From a virus (lineage: Duplodnaviria > Caudoviricetes), in the IMG/VR virus record IMGVR_UViG_3300011415_000012, positions 1-38,623 of that record: 38,623 bases of DNA; one strand, 5' to 3'. A model generated the notes under the pieces. It saw only the letters and a list, made by a program, of their open reading frames with translations. It was not told the DNA's origin and did no database searches. Below, piece by piece: positions 9,438 to 16,972 of the stretch. How positions within the stretch are numbered: the first letter of the stretch is position 1; each line of letters starts with the position of its first letter. Position numbers and translations under genes: made by a program.

Positions 9438-9488
9438 TGGCGGCAGTAGTTGTTTGCGCGACAAACGGGTTTTTAAAGCCCTACTGCC
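9438..9488 (-). ncRNA. tRNA-like minihelix ending in GCCA (not a canonical tRNA)
   Basis: GGCAGUAG/CUACUGCC 8-bp stem + G + CCA, enclosing two small hairpins; only 51 nt. Confidence 0.35.
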
Positions 9489-9495
9489 ATTATTT

Positions 9496-9771
9496 GCTGT
9501 CTCTCCAAGCTGTCACGCCTCTGCTTTTCGCAAGTTTCCGGCTGCATGTCCTCCGGCGTTCTACACCACACTGTTTAGGTGCCGTTTCCATCTACCCGTT
9601 ACTGGATTGGAGTAGCCATCGTCTTTCCTTTTTTAAGGGAAATTCCAGTGATCGAACCTTTGATGACCCTTAAGCGGGCATATTGCTATGCTCACCAATA
9701 AGCCTGTATGGGAATACAGGTTGCGCCGTGGCAGCGGTGATTAAGGCTTTCGCCAGAATGTGACCGCTTAA
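9496..9771 (-). ncRNA. Candidate large structured ncRNA (multibranch junctions plus pseudoknot)
   Basis: At least 9 helices visible by eye, GAAA and GCAA tetraloops, T-loop-like GGUUCGAUC; fills the largest minus-strand intergenic gap of the late region. Confidence 0.7.
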
Positions 9772-10073
9772 AGGCCATGTTTAAAATAGTAATCGTTTCC
9801 TACGATTCTGCATATAATTTTCTGGTAATAGATGAAAAATTCCTCTGAAACTTCGACTTCGCCAACCCAACGAGCTGTGGGTTTCTTGTGGCCGTATTGA
9901 TATTCTGGCGGAGTTTCAATCCTCACCCAACCAGAAATCCATCGACCCTTACCCTTGAATCGACCAACCACAAGCGCAGCTAATGCACCTGTGGGCAACC
10001 AAATCCAAACCTTTTGGCCTTCCTTCCAAAGTTTGGTATCACGAATAATTATGCAGAGATCAAGTATTGGCAT
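9768..10073 (-). CDS. Hypothetical protein
   Basis: Likely start MPILDL at 10073, overlapping the upstream stop; the ORF-track extension to 10211 overlaps the DUF551-like gene. Confidence 0.55.
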   Translation of the reverse strand: MPILDLCIIIRDTKLWKEGQKVWIWLPTGALAALVVGRFKGKGRWISGWVRIETPPEYQYGHKKPTARWVGEVEVSEEFFIYYQKIICRIVGNDYYFKHGL

Positions 10074-10308
10074 TTGGATTTTCCGGTAAAGGCATCCAAT
10101 GAGTCGGAGTAGGTAAGCGACAAGTCTCATCATCAAAGAAAAGATCATAGCCTTTATCATATCTACCGATAAAAATCTGACCTTTGCTAGCCAATAAAAC
10201 ATATTTCTCATTCGGAGCCGGAATGTCTTTTGTACTAATCCAGCATTGAGAAAGTATTAGTGCAATTTCACACAATGGTACTTCCTGTATTTTCTTAATT
10301 CTGCTCAT
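10060..10308 (-). CDS. DUF551-like phage protein
   Basis: WISTKD.P...VL and THWMPLPE motifs. Confidence 0.8.
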   Translation of the reverse strand: MSRIKKIQEVPLCEIALILSQCWISTKDIPAPNEKYVLLASKGQIFIGRYDKGYDLFFDDETCRLPTPTHWMPLPENPNANT

Positions 10309-10310
10309 GC

Positions 10311-10466
10311 TTATTCAACCTTCTTTTTCTTCGCCGCAATGATTGCATTTTGCAGCATCTCAAGCGTTAATAGCTCATGAGTCGCTAGCTTTTCCACTAT
10401 CTTCTCGAAACTCCACTTAAGTTCAATACGGTAGGCAATGCGTTGCTTATAGGTTCTTTCAGTCAT
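10311..10466 (-). CDS. Hypothetical protein (51 aa; below ORF-track cutoff)
   Basis: MTERTYKQRIAYRIELKWSFEK...; GAGG RBS; fills the gap exactly. Confidence 0.6.
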   Translation of the reverse strand: MTERTYKQRIAYRIELKWSFEKIVEKLATHELLTLEMLQNAIIAAKKKKVE

Positions 10467-10476
10467 TTAAGTTTCC

Positions 10477-10749
10477 TCATTTCTTAGATTTAGTGTGCGT
10501 AAGTTTTTTATTAACAGACAGCGCATTAATAATGCTTCCTTTAGATCGGTGACAATCCTGCAAAAATGCAATATGTGGTACTTCTTTCAACTGATTACTA
10601 TATTCCATTTGCAATCGAACGGATGTCATTATTGTTTCAAAAATCTTAGCCGTAATTCCAGCCTCGGCGGGTGTAATCGTCTTAGATTTAAGTTGATCTA
10701 AAATCTCTAAACCAGCATTTCGTAATTGCTCTATATTTTTAATACCCAT
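10477..10749 (-). CDS. Helical hypothetical phage protein
   Basis: Coupled to the upstream zinc-finger gene. Confidence 0.65.
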   Translation of the reverse strand: MGIKNIEQLRNAGLEILDQLKSKTITPAEAGITAKIFETIMTSVRLQMEYSNQLKEVPHIAFLQDCHRSKGSIINALSVNKKLTHTKSKK

Positions 10750-11419
10750 CTCTTTCTTCCTTGATAAGTCGTTTAATTTGAATTATAACTTTTTTCATAT
10801 TTATAATTTCCATAGTTATTGGTAAGTTTGATTGATTCTTTAAAATACTTTTAACGTAATAATCCGTTAAATTTATTCGTCTTAACTTTTCTTGGTTTTT
10901 TCTGCGCTCTATTCTCTCTGGTGATTTATACCTTTCTAGCATTGTCTCCGTAAATTCCTTAGCCTTTTCAGGATTCCTTTTTTTCCAATTATGCGAAGCT
11001 AACGCAGAACATTTCCTACACAAACCACTTTTGTTTCGCATATTTTCGCCATGCTTACTACATGCACCTTTTTTCTTTAACTCCGATCTAACGGATTTTT
11101 GGCTTGGCTCACTTAATGATTTATTTTTTATATAAAATTCTTTACGTTTAAATTGAATACATAGCTTACAGTTTTTTACTGCTTTATTATTAACGTAAAT
11201 ATCTGAGCTTAAAAGTTCACCATGTACACGACATACTTTCTTTAATAGATTTTTTGAGGCCAAATCTCTAAGCATTAAAGCCTTAGTGTTTAACTTATCT
11301 TTGTGTTTAATTTTATTTTGCTTTGCATGTTCATTTTGACATTGCTTGCAAATTAACCGATTCTTAGTATTACGTCTGAATTGATCTTTGTTTAGCTCAC
11401 CGTGTTTTTTACAAATCAT
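10739..11419 (-). CDS. Basic protein with three CxxHG...CxxC zinc-binding repeats; putative nucleic-acid-binding protein
   Basis: CKKHG/CKQC, CRVHG/CKLC, CSKHG/CRKC; very Lys-rich; AGGA RBS supports start at 11419. Confidence 0.7.
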   Translation of the reverse strand: MICKKHGELNKDQFRRNTKNRLICKQCQNEHAKQNKIKHKDKLNTKALMLRDLASKNLLKKVCRVHGELLSSDIYVNNKAVKNCKLCIQFKRKEFYIKNKSLSEPSQKSVRSELKKKGACSKHGENMRNKSGLCRKCSALASHNWKKRNPEKAKEFTETMLERYKSPERIERRKNQEKLRRINLTDYYVKSILKNQSNLPITMEIINMKKVIIQIKRLIKEERDGY

Positions 11420-11429
11420 GTCAATCCTA

Positions 11430-11705
11430 TCAGCACCATATTGCATGAAAGTATGCGTAAAATTGAGTTTTAATATCCTTGACGTGACGTACTGTTGCAT
11501 CAAGTATTTCTTTCTTATCGGTATCAGGAACGTAGTTAATTACGTCCTTGATTGTTAAATAATCATGATGGAATACAAACAAAGTACCGATTAAATACAT
11601 TCTAAAATCTTGATGCAATGTAACCTTGCCATCCATTTTCCAATAGTCAACCACTTGTTTCATGGTGTTTTCAAACTGGATGTATGCACTATCGACAGTT
11701 GCCAT
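11430..11705 (-). CDS. Hypothetical protein
   Basis: Coupled ORF in a tightly packed operon. Confidence 0.6.
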   Translation of the reverse strand: MATVDSAYIQFENTMKQVVDYWKMDGKVTLHQDFRMYLIGTLFVFHHDYLTIKDVINYVPDTDKKEILDATVRHVKDIKTQFYAYFHAIWC

Positions 11706-11905
11706 TATTTTTCCAGCCCGAATGCTTCTTCAAATGAATCGAATATGTGATGCTCGCTAATATAACTTGGCGTTTTACTTGCGCCTTTTCTTGAATCTAA
11801 ATGATCTCTGAGGCGTTGAGCATCTTCCAGCTTAGTAAATCCCCATGTAACAACGGTACCGGAATTTTCTGCGCCCATTTGAACTAGAAACACTGACTTA
11901 GGCAT
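11705..11905 (-). CDS. Hypothetical protein
   Basis: AAGGGG RBS; coupled. Confidence 0.6.
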   Translation of the reverse strand: MPKSVFLVQMGAENSGTVVTWGFTKLEDAQRLRDHLDSRKGASKTPSYISEHHIFDSFEEAFGLEK

Positions 11906-12087
11906 TTAATCCCCTTATGTATTATGGCTACTATTAATATCAATCCAAAAAAACCAGCAACAATAATGAGCGGTATCCAAAGAGGAGACATCACCCACCA
12001 CCATGACCAGTGAATGACATTACAAAGCTTGAGAGTAATAAATATTAATAACAGTGCTGATAATTCCAATCTCACATTAATTTTCAT
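11884..12087 (-). CDS. Small membrane protein
   Basis: LKL..VI.WSWWWV.SPLWIP motif seen in phage membrane proteins; two hydrophobic segments. Confidence 0.75.
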   Translation of the reverse strand: MKINVRLELSALLLIFITLKLCNVIHWSWWWVMSPLWIPLIIVAGFFGLILIVAIIHKGIKCLSQCF

Positions 12088-12380
12088 TCTTCCCCCATTG
12101 GTTCGCTCAAAAATCCCTGCATTGTATAAACATCTTTTTCTTGAATATCACAAGTTACATAATGTGAGTACCAACCGCAGCGTGGATCAAAAGACTTTTC
12201 CAAAGATACAGGGCAATAAACTCTTACTCTAAAATCTTCGCGATTTTTCACTTGCTCAGGGTTAATCCACGGTTGCCATGATTCATAGATGACTTTTTTA
12301 AGGTGATCTAAATTCTTAACGATAACTGTTGTTTTAAGCGATTCATCTAAACTCCCACGGTGAAATCTAAACAGAGGCAT
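12084..12380 (-). CDS. Hypothetical phage protein
   Basis: FRFHRGSLDES...DPRCGW motifs; GGAGG RBS supports start at 12380. Confidence 0.65.
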   Translation of the reverse strand: MPLFRFHRGSLDESLKTTVIVKNLDHLKKVIYESWQPWINPEQVKNREDFRVRVYCPVSLEKSFDPRCGWYSHYVTCDIQEKDVYTMQGFLSEPMGEE

Positions 12381-12627
12381 TATCTTCGTGCCTCCATTCA
12401 TTAAGAGTTATCACGTTACCTTCATCCTCTGGTATAGGTCTGGTTATCGTTGTTAAAGTTGGCTTAGTAAACATAAATGCGCCAGGTTCTTTTTTGTTTA
12501 TCCAAACTGTGAACTGTAGCCATTCACCATTTTCGACTTGCTGCACTTGTGGATTGAACGTGCAGTATTTGCCAAGCCAGTGCATTGCAGCTTTTAAGCA
12601 TTCATGGAGCGTATTTTCTCTTCGCAT
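12367..12627 (-). CDS. Hypothetical protein
   Basis: ORF with purine-rich leader in the operon. Confidence 0.55.
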   Translation of the reverse strand: MRRENTLHECLKAAMHWLGKYCTFNPQVQQVENGEWLQFTVWINKKEPGAFMFTKPTLTTITRPIPEDEGNVITLNEWRHEDNASV

Positions 12628-12756
12628 ATTGTTGCTCTCTTTTCTAATTCGTTTAATCGTTTATCTATTATGTGGCAATGAAAGTTAGTTAGAATTACCC
12701 CAATGCCTACGAAAGTAATTGCTAATGCTTGCAGTAATAATATTTTAGGTTGCATA

Positions 12757-12939
12757 TCAACTCGAATAATGAGTGGGTTTAACGGGGACGATGAACACTT
12801 CTAAGTAACGCATATTAGCCTCATCAAGATGACGTAATTGACCGAGCTTGTATTTCTGTAATATATCGGCAAGATACATCAACGCTTCATTAATCTTAAC
12901 TGCTTCCTCATCGGTAACGGTGATCTCTTTAGTTACCAT
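12757..12939 (-). CDS. Hypothetical protein
   Basis: AAGGA RBS before MVTKEITV; overlaps the stop of the upstream ORF. Confidence 0.5.
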   Translation of the reverse strand: MVTKEITVTDEEAVKINEALMYLADILQKYKLGQLRHLDEANMRYLEVFIVPVKPTHYSS

Positions 12940-13112
12940 GTTATATCCTTTGTCCATATTAGCTCGCCTCCACATTTTGAACACGTCCATTCCATTCTTT
13001 CCCATCCTGAATGTTTAATAATGTCGTAACGATGTTTAGTGAGCCAACAGACGATACGCCGATAAGCCTTAATGATTTTCCATTCCAATGGATATATTTT
13101 TGTTTCTCTCAT
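12933..13112 (-). CDS. 59-aa Zn-ribbon-like protein (below ORF-track cutoff)
   Basis: MRETKIYPLEW...VCWLTKHRY...WTCSKCGGEL...; C-x4-H...CxxC pattern. Confidence 0.5.
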   Translation of the reverse strand: MRETKIYPLEWKIIKAYRRIVCWLTKHRYDIIKHSGWERMEWTCSKCGGELIWTKDITW

Positions 13113-13306
13113 TCCTTTGAGTCCTACGTTAAAGAATTAATAAAATTAATACCGAAATAATAAATACAGTTAGTGCCATAATAATGCCCCACAGGATGTT
13201 AAACATAAGATTAAGCTAATAACATCCGTGTAGGTTTTGAATTTATAATAAAGACATTTCGTTAAGAAGATCCCTAAGTTCATGCCGACAATCATTGAGA
13301 TTAATT

Positions 13307-13708
13307 TTACTTCCATAAAATGCCGCTTCCTTCGCAAGCGTGACAACTTGCATATTCTCGATAGAACTCAAAATTATTTTTCAATTTCTCTTTATCATTG
13401 CTACGATGCAAATGACTGACTCCATCACATACCGGACATTTATAAGGCGCTTGCTTTTCTTTGTAATAGAAATTGGCAATCTCTGCGATCTTATCGACGA
13501 GTTGAGAGATAGTCTTTTCACATGTAGCAATACGTTCATGAGTATTTTTCACGGATTGATTGATAGTAGGATAATCCTTTGTCACGTCTGGAATATTATT
13601 TTCTTTGAAATATAATTTCCAATTAGCAATCATCCTTTCAATCTCATCAATGCGCTTGACTGACTCTTCCAGCTCTTTAACATACTCCGTGATATTCGTT
13701 ACCCCCAT
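13307..13708 (-). CDS. Coiled-coil protein with C-terminal DnaJ-like Zn finger
   Basis: PYKCPVCDG...CHACEGSGILWK; AAGGGGA RBS before ATG at 13708. Confidence 0.7.
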   Translation of the reverse strand: MGVTNITEYVKELEESVKRIDEIERMIANWKLYFKENNIPDVTKDYPTINQSVKNTHERIATCEKTISQLVDKIAEIANFYYKEKQAPYKCPVCDGVSHLHRSNDKEKLKNNFEFYREYASCHACEGSGILWK

Positions 13709-14460
13709 ACAATCCCCTTTCCTTCGCAAGTGCGGCATGTAGCCTTGAAATATACAGAGTCACCTTTTTTACATTGGACTCCATCAATAGTCATTGATTG
13801 CATGGTTGCTCTTATCTCTGGCTTACTATAACCGGCACCCTCACATATAGGGCATTTATATGGTTGACGCTGAACAATGACTCTATTTGCATCATAGTTT
13901 TTACATATCTCGTCGAACTGTGACTCTAAATGTGATAAGCGCAATAAAATATCGGAAGCGGTGACACGATCTTCCATTCGCATATAACCTTCAAGATTTT
14001 CAAGCCGACTATTTACCACTGCTTGTAAATCATTAAACTTTTTGGCTAATACGGTATCGTAATTACTTGGCTGCGTTTGCCACATATAACCACCGCTAGG
14101 ACATATCAAATCGTTATGTAATTTCTTGCGCCAATCTTCGAGAGCTTCAATGCGCTTATTGAAAGCCTCAACGTGTACTTCCATTGCGTCATGAATAGGT
14201 TTGAAGCTTTTACCCGCAAATAAATCTTCGATGATTGCAAGACGATGACCGTAATCAGCATAAAAGCTTTTGATCTTCTCAAGCATCATGCTTAACTCTT
14301 CGGGTCTGCGTTGCTCTCGCAAGAACTCAATTTGTTTTGCTAGCTCAAACACACGAGCGTTCATTTCTTCCATTTGCACCATTAACCAGTGCTTTGTTTT
14401 TTCGTTATGTTCCATATCAATACTCATAGGTGGTTGATCTGATGGATGACAGCCGCTCAT
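13699..14460 (-). CDS. Coiled-coil protein with C-terminal DnaJ-like Zn finger (paralogue of the downstream gene)
   Basis: PYKCPICEGAG...CRTCEGKGIVWG. Confidence 0.7.
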   Translation of the reverse strand: MSGCHPSDQPPMSIDMEHNEKTKHWLMVQMEEMNARVFELAKQIEFLREQRRPEELSMMLEKIKSFYADYGHRLAIIEDLFAGKSFKPIHDAMEVHVEAFNKRIEALEDWRKKLHNDLICPSGGYMWQTQPSNYDTVLAKKFNDLQAVVNSRLENLEGYMRMEDRVTASDILLRLSHLESQFDEICKNYDANRVIVQRQPYKCPICEGAGYSKPEIRATMQSMTIDGVQCKKGDSVYFKATCRTCEGKGIVWG

Positions 14461-14461
14461 T

Positions 14462-15004
14462 TTAATTCCTTGGAGGTAATGGAAAGTTTTTAAATTGATC
14501 TTGAATCATTTTCATTTTGAGAAGATAAGCGGGCGCAATGAAACCATCTTCTAGCGTATCGGCTAATCGGCTATAACGAGCGCCAAGTTTTCGAGCTGCA
14601 TTACTGTCTGACAATTCGGCGGTTGCTTTCTTCCAGTCGTTACGACTAACAGCGGTCAGCATGTTTTTAAACTTCATCAACCCATTAGCTCCGACATTAA
14701 ACGCCACATTCAACAAAACGAGTTTGCGTACAGTATCAAGCGCCTGATAGAAAGGCAATGTCATTAATTGAATTTGCAAGGCTTTTATTCGTCCACGGCA
14801 TAAATATATTGCTTCATCACGGGTAAGATTTAGATCAAGATTGATACCTATTCCAATAGTGATATGACCTTTAGGCGCCTGAACTCTCAAACCGGTTGCA
14901 TCATCGTAAGGGTATAAAACCATTCCTTCATCAAGCTCAAGCATGGTTATTAAAACATTCTCTTCAATCTCAGTTAAAAAGGTTCTTCCTGGTGGGTTTT
15001 GCAT
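14462..15004 (-). CDS. Endolysin, T4-type lysozyme (GH24-like)
   Basis: LELDEG...PYDD...ITIGIGINL catalytic region; AFNVG..GL.KFKNML, W..A..E..DS. Confidence 0.88.
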   Translation of the reverse strand: MQNPPGRTFLTEIEENVLITMLELDEGMVLYPYDDATGLRVQAPKGHITIGIGINLDLNLTRDEAIYLCRGRIKALQIQLMTLPFYQALDTVRKLVLLNVAFNVGANGLMKFKNMLTAVSRNDWKKATAELSDSNAARKLGARYSRLADTLEDGFIAPAYLLKMKMIQDQFKNFPLPPRN

Positions 15005-15055
15005 ATTTTTGCTCCATAAAGTTGAATCCTGACCTTTCCTGACTAATTTCTGACC

Positions 15056-15424
15056 TCAATACTCAATTTCTGGGCTAATATCCGTTAAAGTGATCTCTAT
15101 TTCACCACCACTACGAACAGGCATTTTATGCACAATTAGCTCGTCAATCTGATTGTCATTAGCAAATACTCTGGCATGTTGGAGCGCATCAAGTAGCGTT
15201 TTTAAGATGTTGTCAATATCGCAATTCTTTCGCGGAGGCCACATATTAATTTCTAGCTTGAGCCGCTCATCATTTTCAAAGCGAGTTTTACCAAATGTCG
15301 CCGCCCAAACTTCGGTACGATAGTCTACAACTTTAGGATTTAGATAAACTCGATTTTTGCCATGCTTCCAAACTTTATTTGTGCTGACAGGATAAACTAG
15401 CATCATGTTTAGCATTTTTGGCAT
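15056..15424 (-). CDS. rusA: RusA-family Holliday junction resolvase
   Basis: YPVSTN.VW, DIDNILKTLLDAL, NDNQIDEL motifs. Confidence 0.9.
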   Translation of the reverse strand: MPKMLNMMLVYPVSTNKVWKHGKNRVYLNPKVVDYRTEVWAATFGKTRFENDERLKLEINMWPPRKNCDIDNILKTLLDALQHARVFANDNQIDELIVHKMPVRSGGEIEITLTDISPEIEY

Positions 15425-15776
15425 TCAATTTTTCCCTAATTAAATTCATATAATGGGTTTGAGTTTCAGGGCTGCCAGTTTTAACCGGTGGTCGTTCGGG
15501 TGCTGGTGCTTTCCATTCTTTAGCGTAATGGAAAAACTCAACGACATTCGGTGGCTCTTTGATTTTATTATTCAAGCAGAGATTGAGGACATTTTTAATT
15601 TGCTCGCCGTTTAATCCATATAAGCCACCAGACCAGCGTAGCTTTGCCATATCCACATATTCAGGCTTTGTGAACTGTCCAGTAAATCTTTCCCCATAAA
15701 TATCGGTTAAACGCGCAAAAATGCGATCTATCCAAGCGCTAGGGAGTTTATACGTTTCTCGTTTAGCTGCGTCCAT
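15375..15776 (-). CDS. Lambda-P-like replication protein (putative helicase loader)
   Basis: IDRIFARLTDIYG...W..GL.GL...I..L...EPPNVVEF pattern; position upstream of rusA. Confidence 0.55.
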   Translation of the reverse strand: MDAAKRETYKLPSAWIDRIFARLTDIYGERFTGQFTKPEYVDMAKLRWSGGLYGLNGEQIKNVLNLCLNNKIKEPPNVVEFFHYAKEWKAPAPERPPVKTGSPETQTHYMNLIREKLNAKNAKHDASLSCQHK

Positions 15777-15856
15777 GTCGGCTAATCCTTTGAAATCCTT
15801 ATCAAAATACTAGCATGTGAGCATTTAAAAAGCACTCGTGAATTATTTTAATATAT

Positions 15857-15900
15857 TTGCACTTGCAGCACTTGCATTGCACTTGCAGCACTGGTACACT
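15857..15900 (+). promoter_or_regulatory. Sigma70 promoter overlaid by a four-copy GCACTTGCA operator array
   Basis: TTGCAT (15872)-17 bp-TACACT (15895) with TGn extension; 16-bp direct repeat TTGCACTTGCAGCACT at 15857 and 15877. Confidence 0.75.
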
Positions 15901-15937
15901 GCTCTTCATCAACTAACACAACACAGGAAATTAAGAA

Positions 15938-16078
15938 ATGAAACTAAGAATTATCGAAACAGCAACACTAGGAATCGCAGTAGTAGATATGACAACAGGG
16001 GAAGTTTTTGAGAGTGGCTACGAAACAATGGCAGAAGCAAAGAAAGCTCTAAGAAATTTTAAAGAAATGTATTGCTAA
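15938..16078 (+). CDS. Hypothetical protein (46 aa; below ORF-track cutoff)
   Basis: MKLRIIETATLGIAVVDMTTGEVFESGYETMAEAKKALRNFKEMYC; AGGA RBS; first gene after the promoter. Confidence 0.7.
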   Translation: MKLRIIETATLGIAVVDMTTGEVFESGYETMAEAKKALRNFKEMYC

Positions 16079-16119
16079 CTTGATCGGGGCTGAAAAGCCC
16101 CATTAACTAAATAGGAGTT
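16058..16119 (+). repeat. 62-bp inverted repeat, copy B
   Basis: 59/62 identity to the reverse complement of 3958-4019. Confidence 0.93.
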
Positions 16120-16125
16120 AAAAAA

Positions 16126-16461
16126 ATGCAAGTACGTGAATTGAGCTTCGATGAGATTTCAGAAATGCAAGAAATTGGTAAAACTATTCGTAAACAAATT
16201 GGCCTATCAAACCTTATGGCTTGTGGCGCTAGAGAATGGAAACTTTTAGGTTTTGATTCTCCGAAAAAGGGATTGCAGTTTCGAGTTAATGCGGGTTCAA
16301 AACGCCAATTTATAAAAGTTATTTTAGAACCAAATGATACTTATACGGTTATCTCCTATCGCTTAAAGCGCGTGACCGATGAGCATATAGATATTAATGA
16401 CGTTTATGATATTTACTGTGAACAATTGGGCGAAATCGTTTATCACATGGTTAATAAATAA
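16126..16461 (+). CDS. Conserved-looking early phage protein, function unknown
   Basis: GLQFRVN...V.L...DTYTV...DIYCEQL pattern; strong RBS. Confidence 0.75.
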   Translation: MQVRELSFDEISEMQEIGKTIRKQIGLSNLMACGAREWKLLGFDSPKKGLQFRVNAGSKRQFIKVILEPNDTYTVISYRLKRVTDEHIDINDVYDIYCEQLGEIVYHMVNK

Positions 16462-16472
16462 GGGGAATAAAA

Positions 16473-16721
16473 ATGGACAAATTCGAATCGTTTGCTTGTG
16501 GTCAGATATTCCATAGTTACCCTGATTCTAAAACTTTTGCTGAGATAATAGCGCTGTGTGAGGATGACGCAGCGCGAGAAGCTTTTAACGATGCTCTCGA
16601 AGATACAGACAACGAAGATCAACAATTGCAACTCTGTGAACGCTATGAAAATGAATGGTGGGATAACATACCGATATTGCTAAATGATTTAGCTGAACAA
16701 TCAGAACATCATTTCTCTTAA
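16473..16721 (+). CDS. Highly acidic small protein
   Basis: About 21 D/E versus 4 K/R in 82 aa; AAGGGGA RBS. Confidence 0.7.
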   Translation: MDKFESFACGQIFHSYPDSKTFAEIIALCEDDAAREAFNDALEDTDNEDQQLQLCERYENEWWDNIPILLNDLAEQSEHHFS

Positions 16722-16734
16722 GCTTTTGAGCTTT

Positions 16735-16945
16735 TGATAAATAAAAAAACAACCCTTGTTTTCTTTTGTAAATGTTCTTGTGATTCTGAGTATTCACTTA
16801 CAAGGGTTATTTTATCACTTATTCACAATTTCTGGGGATAACTCCGGTATAACTCTAAAGGTGTCGATTTCGAGGGGTTTAAAGTCATTCAGAATAGAAT
16901 AGAAACTGCACAACTTAACGCCATAGGCGAAGTAGTGCAGCCGAG
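16735..16945. other. Putative plasmid replication origin
   Basis: AT-rich tract, inverted repeat 16747-16759/16800-16812, DnaA box TTATTCACA (16819) and inverted near-consensus box TGGGGATAA (16833), hairpin 16906-16940; lies directly 3' of rep. Confidence 0.65.
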
Positions 16946-16972
16946 TATTAATACGGTTTTAAATTAGGTTAT

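Noticed and set aside
9438-9488. Canonical tRNA gene
   Set aside because: 51 nt, no D-arm or UUCRA T-loop, no definable anticodon
9431-9673. 80-aa plus-strand ORF
   Set aside because: Antisense to the late operon, TTG start with no RBS, overlaps the structured RNA
16721-16972. Hairpin telomere (telRL) of an N15-like linear plasmid prophage
   Set aside because: No long perfect palindrome and no protelomerase gene
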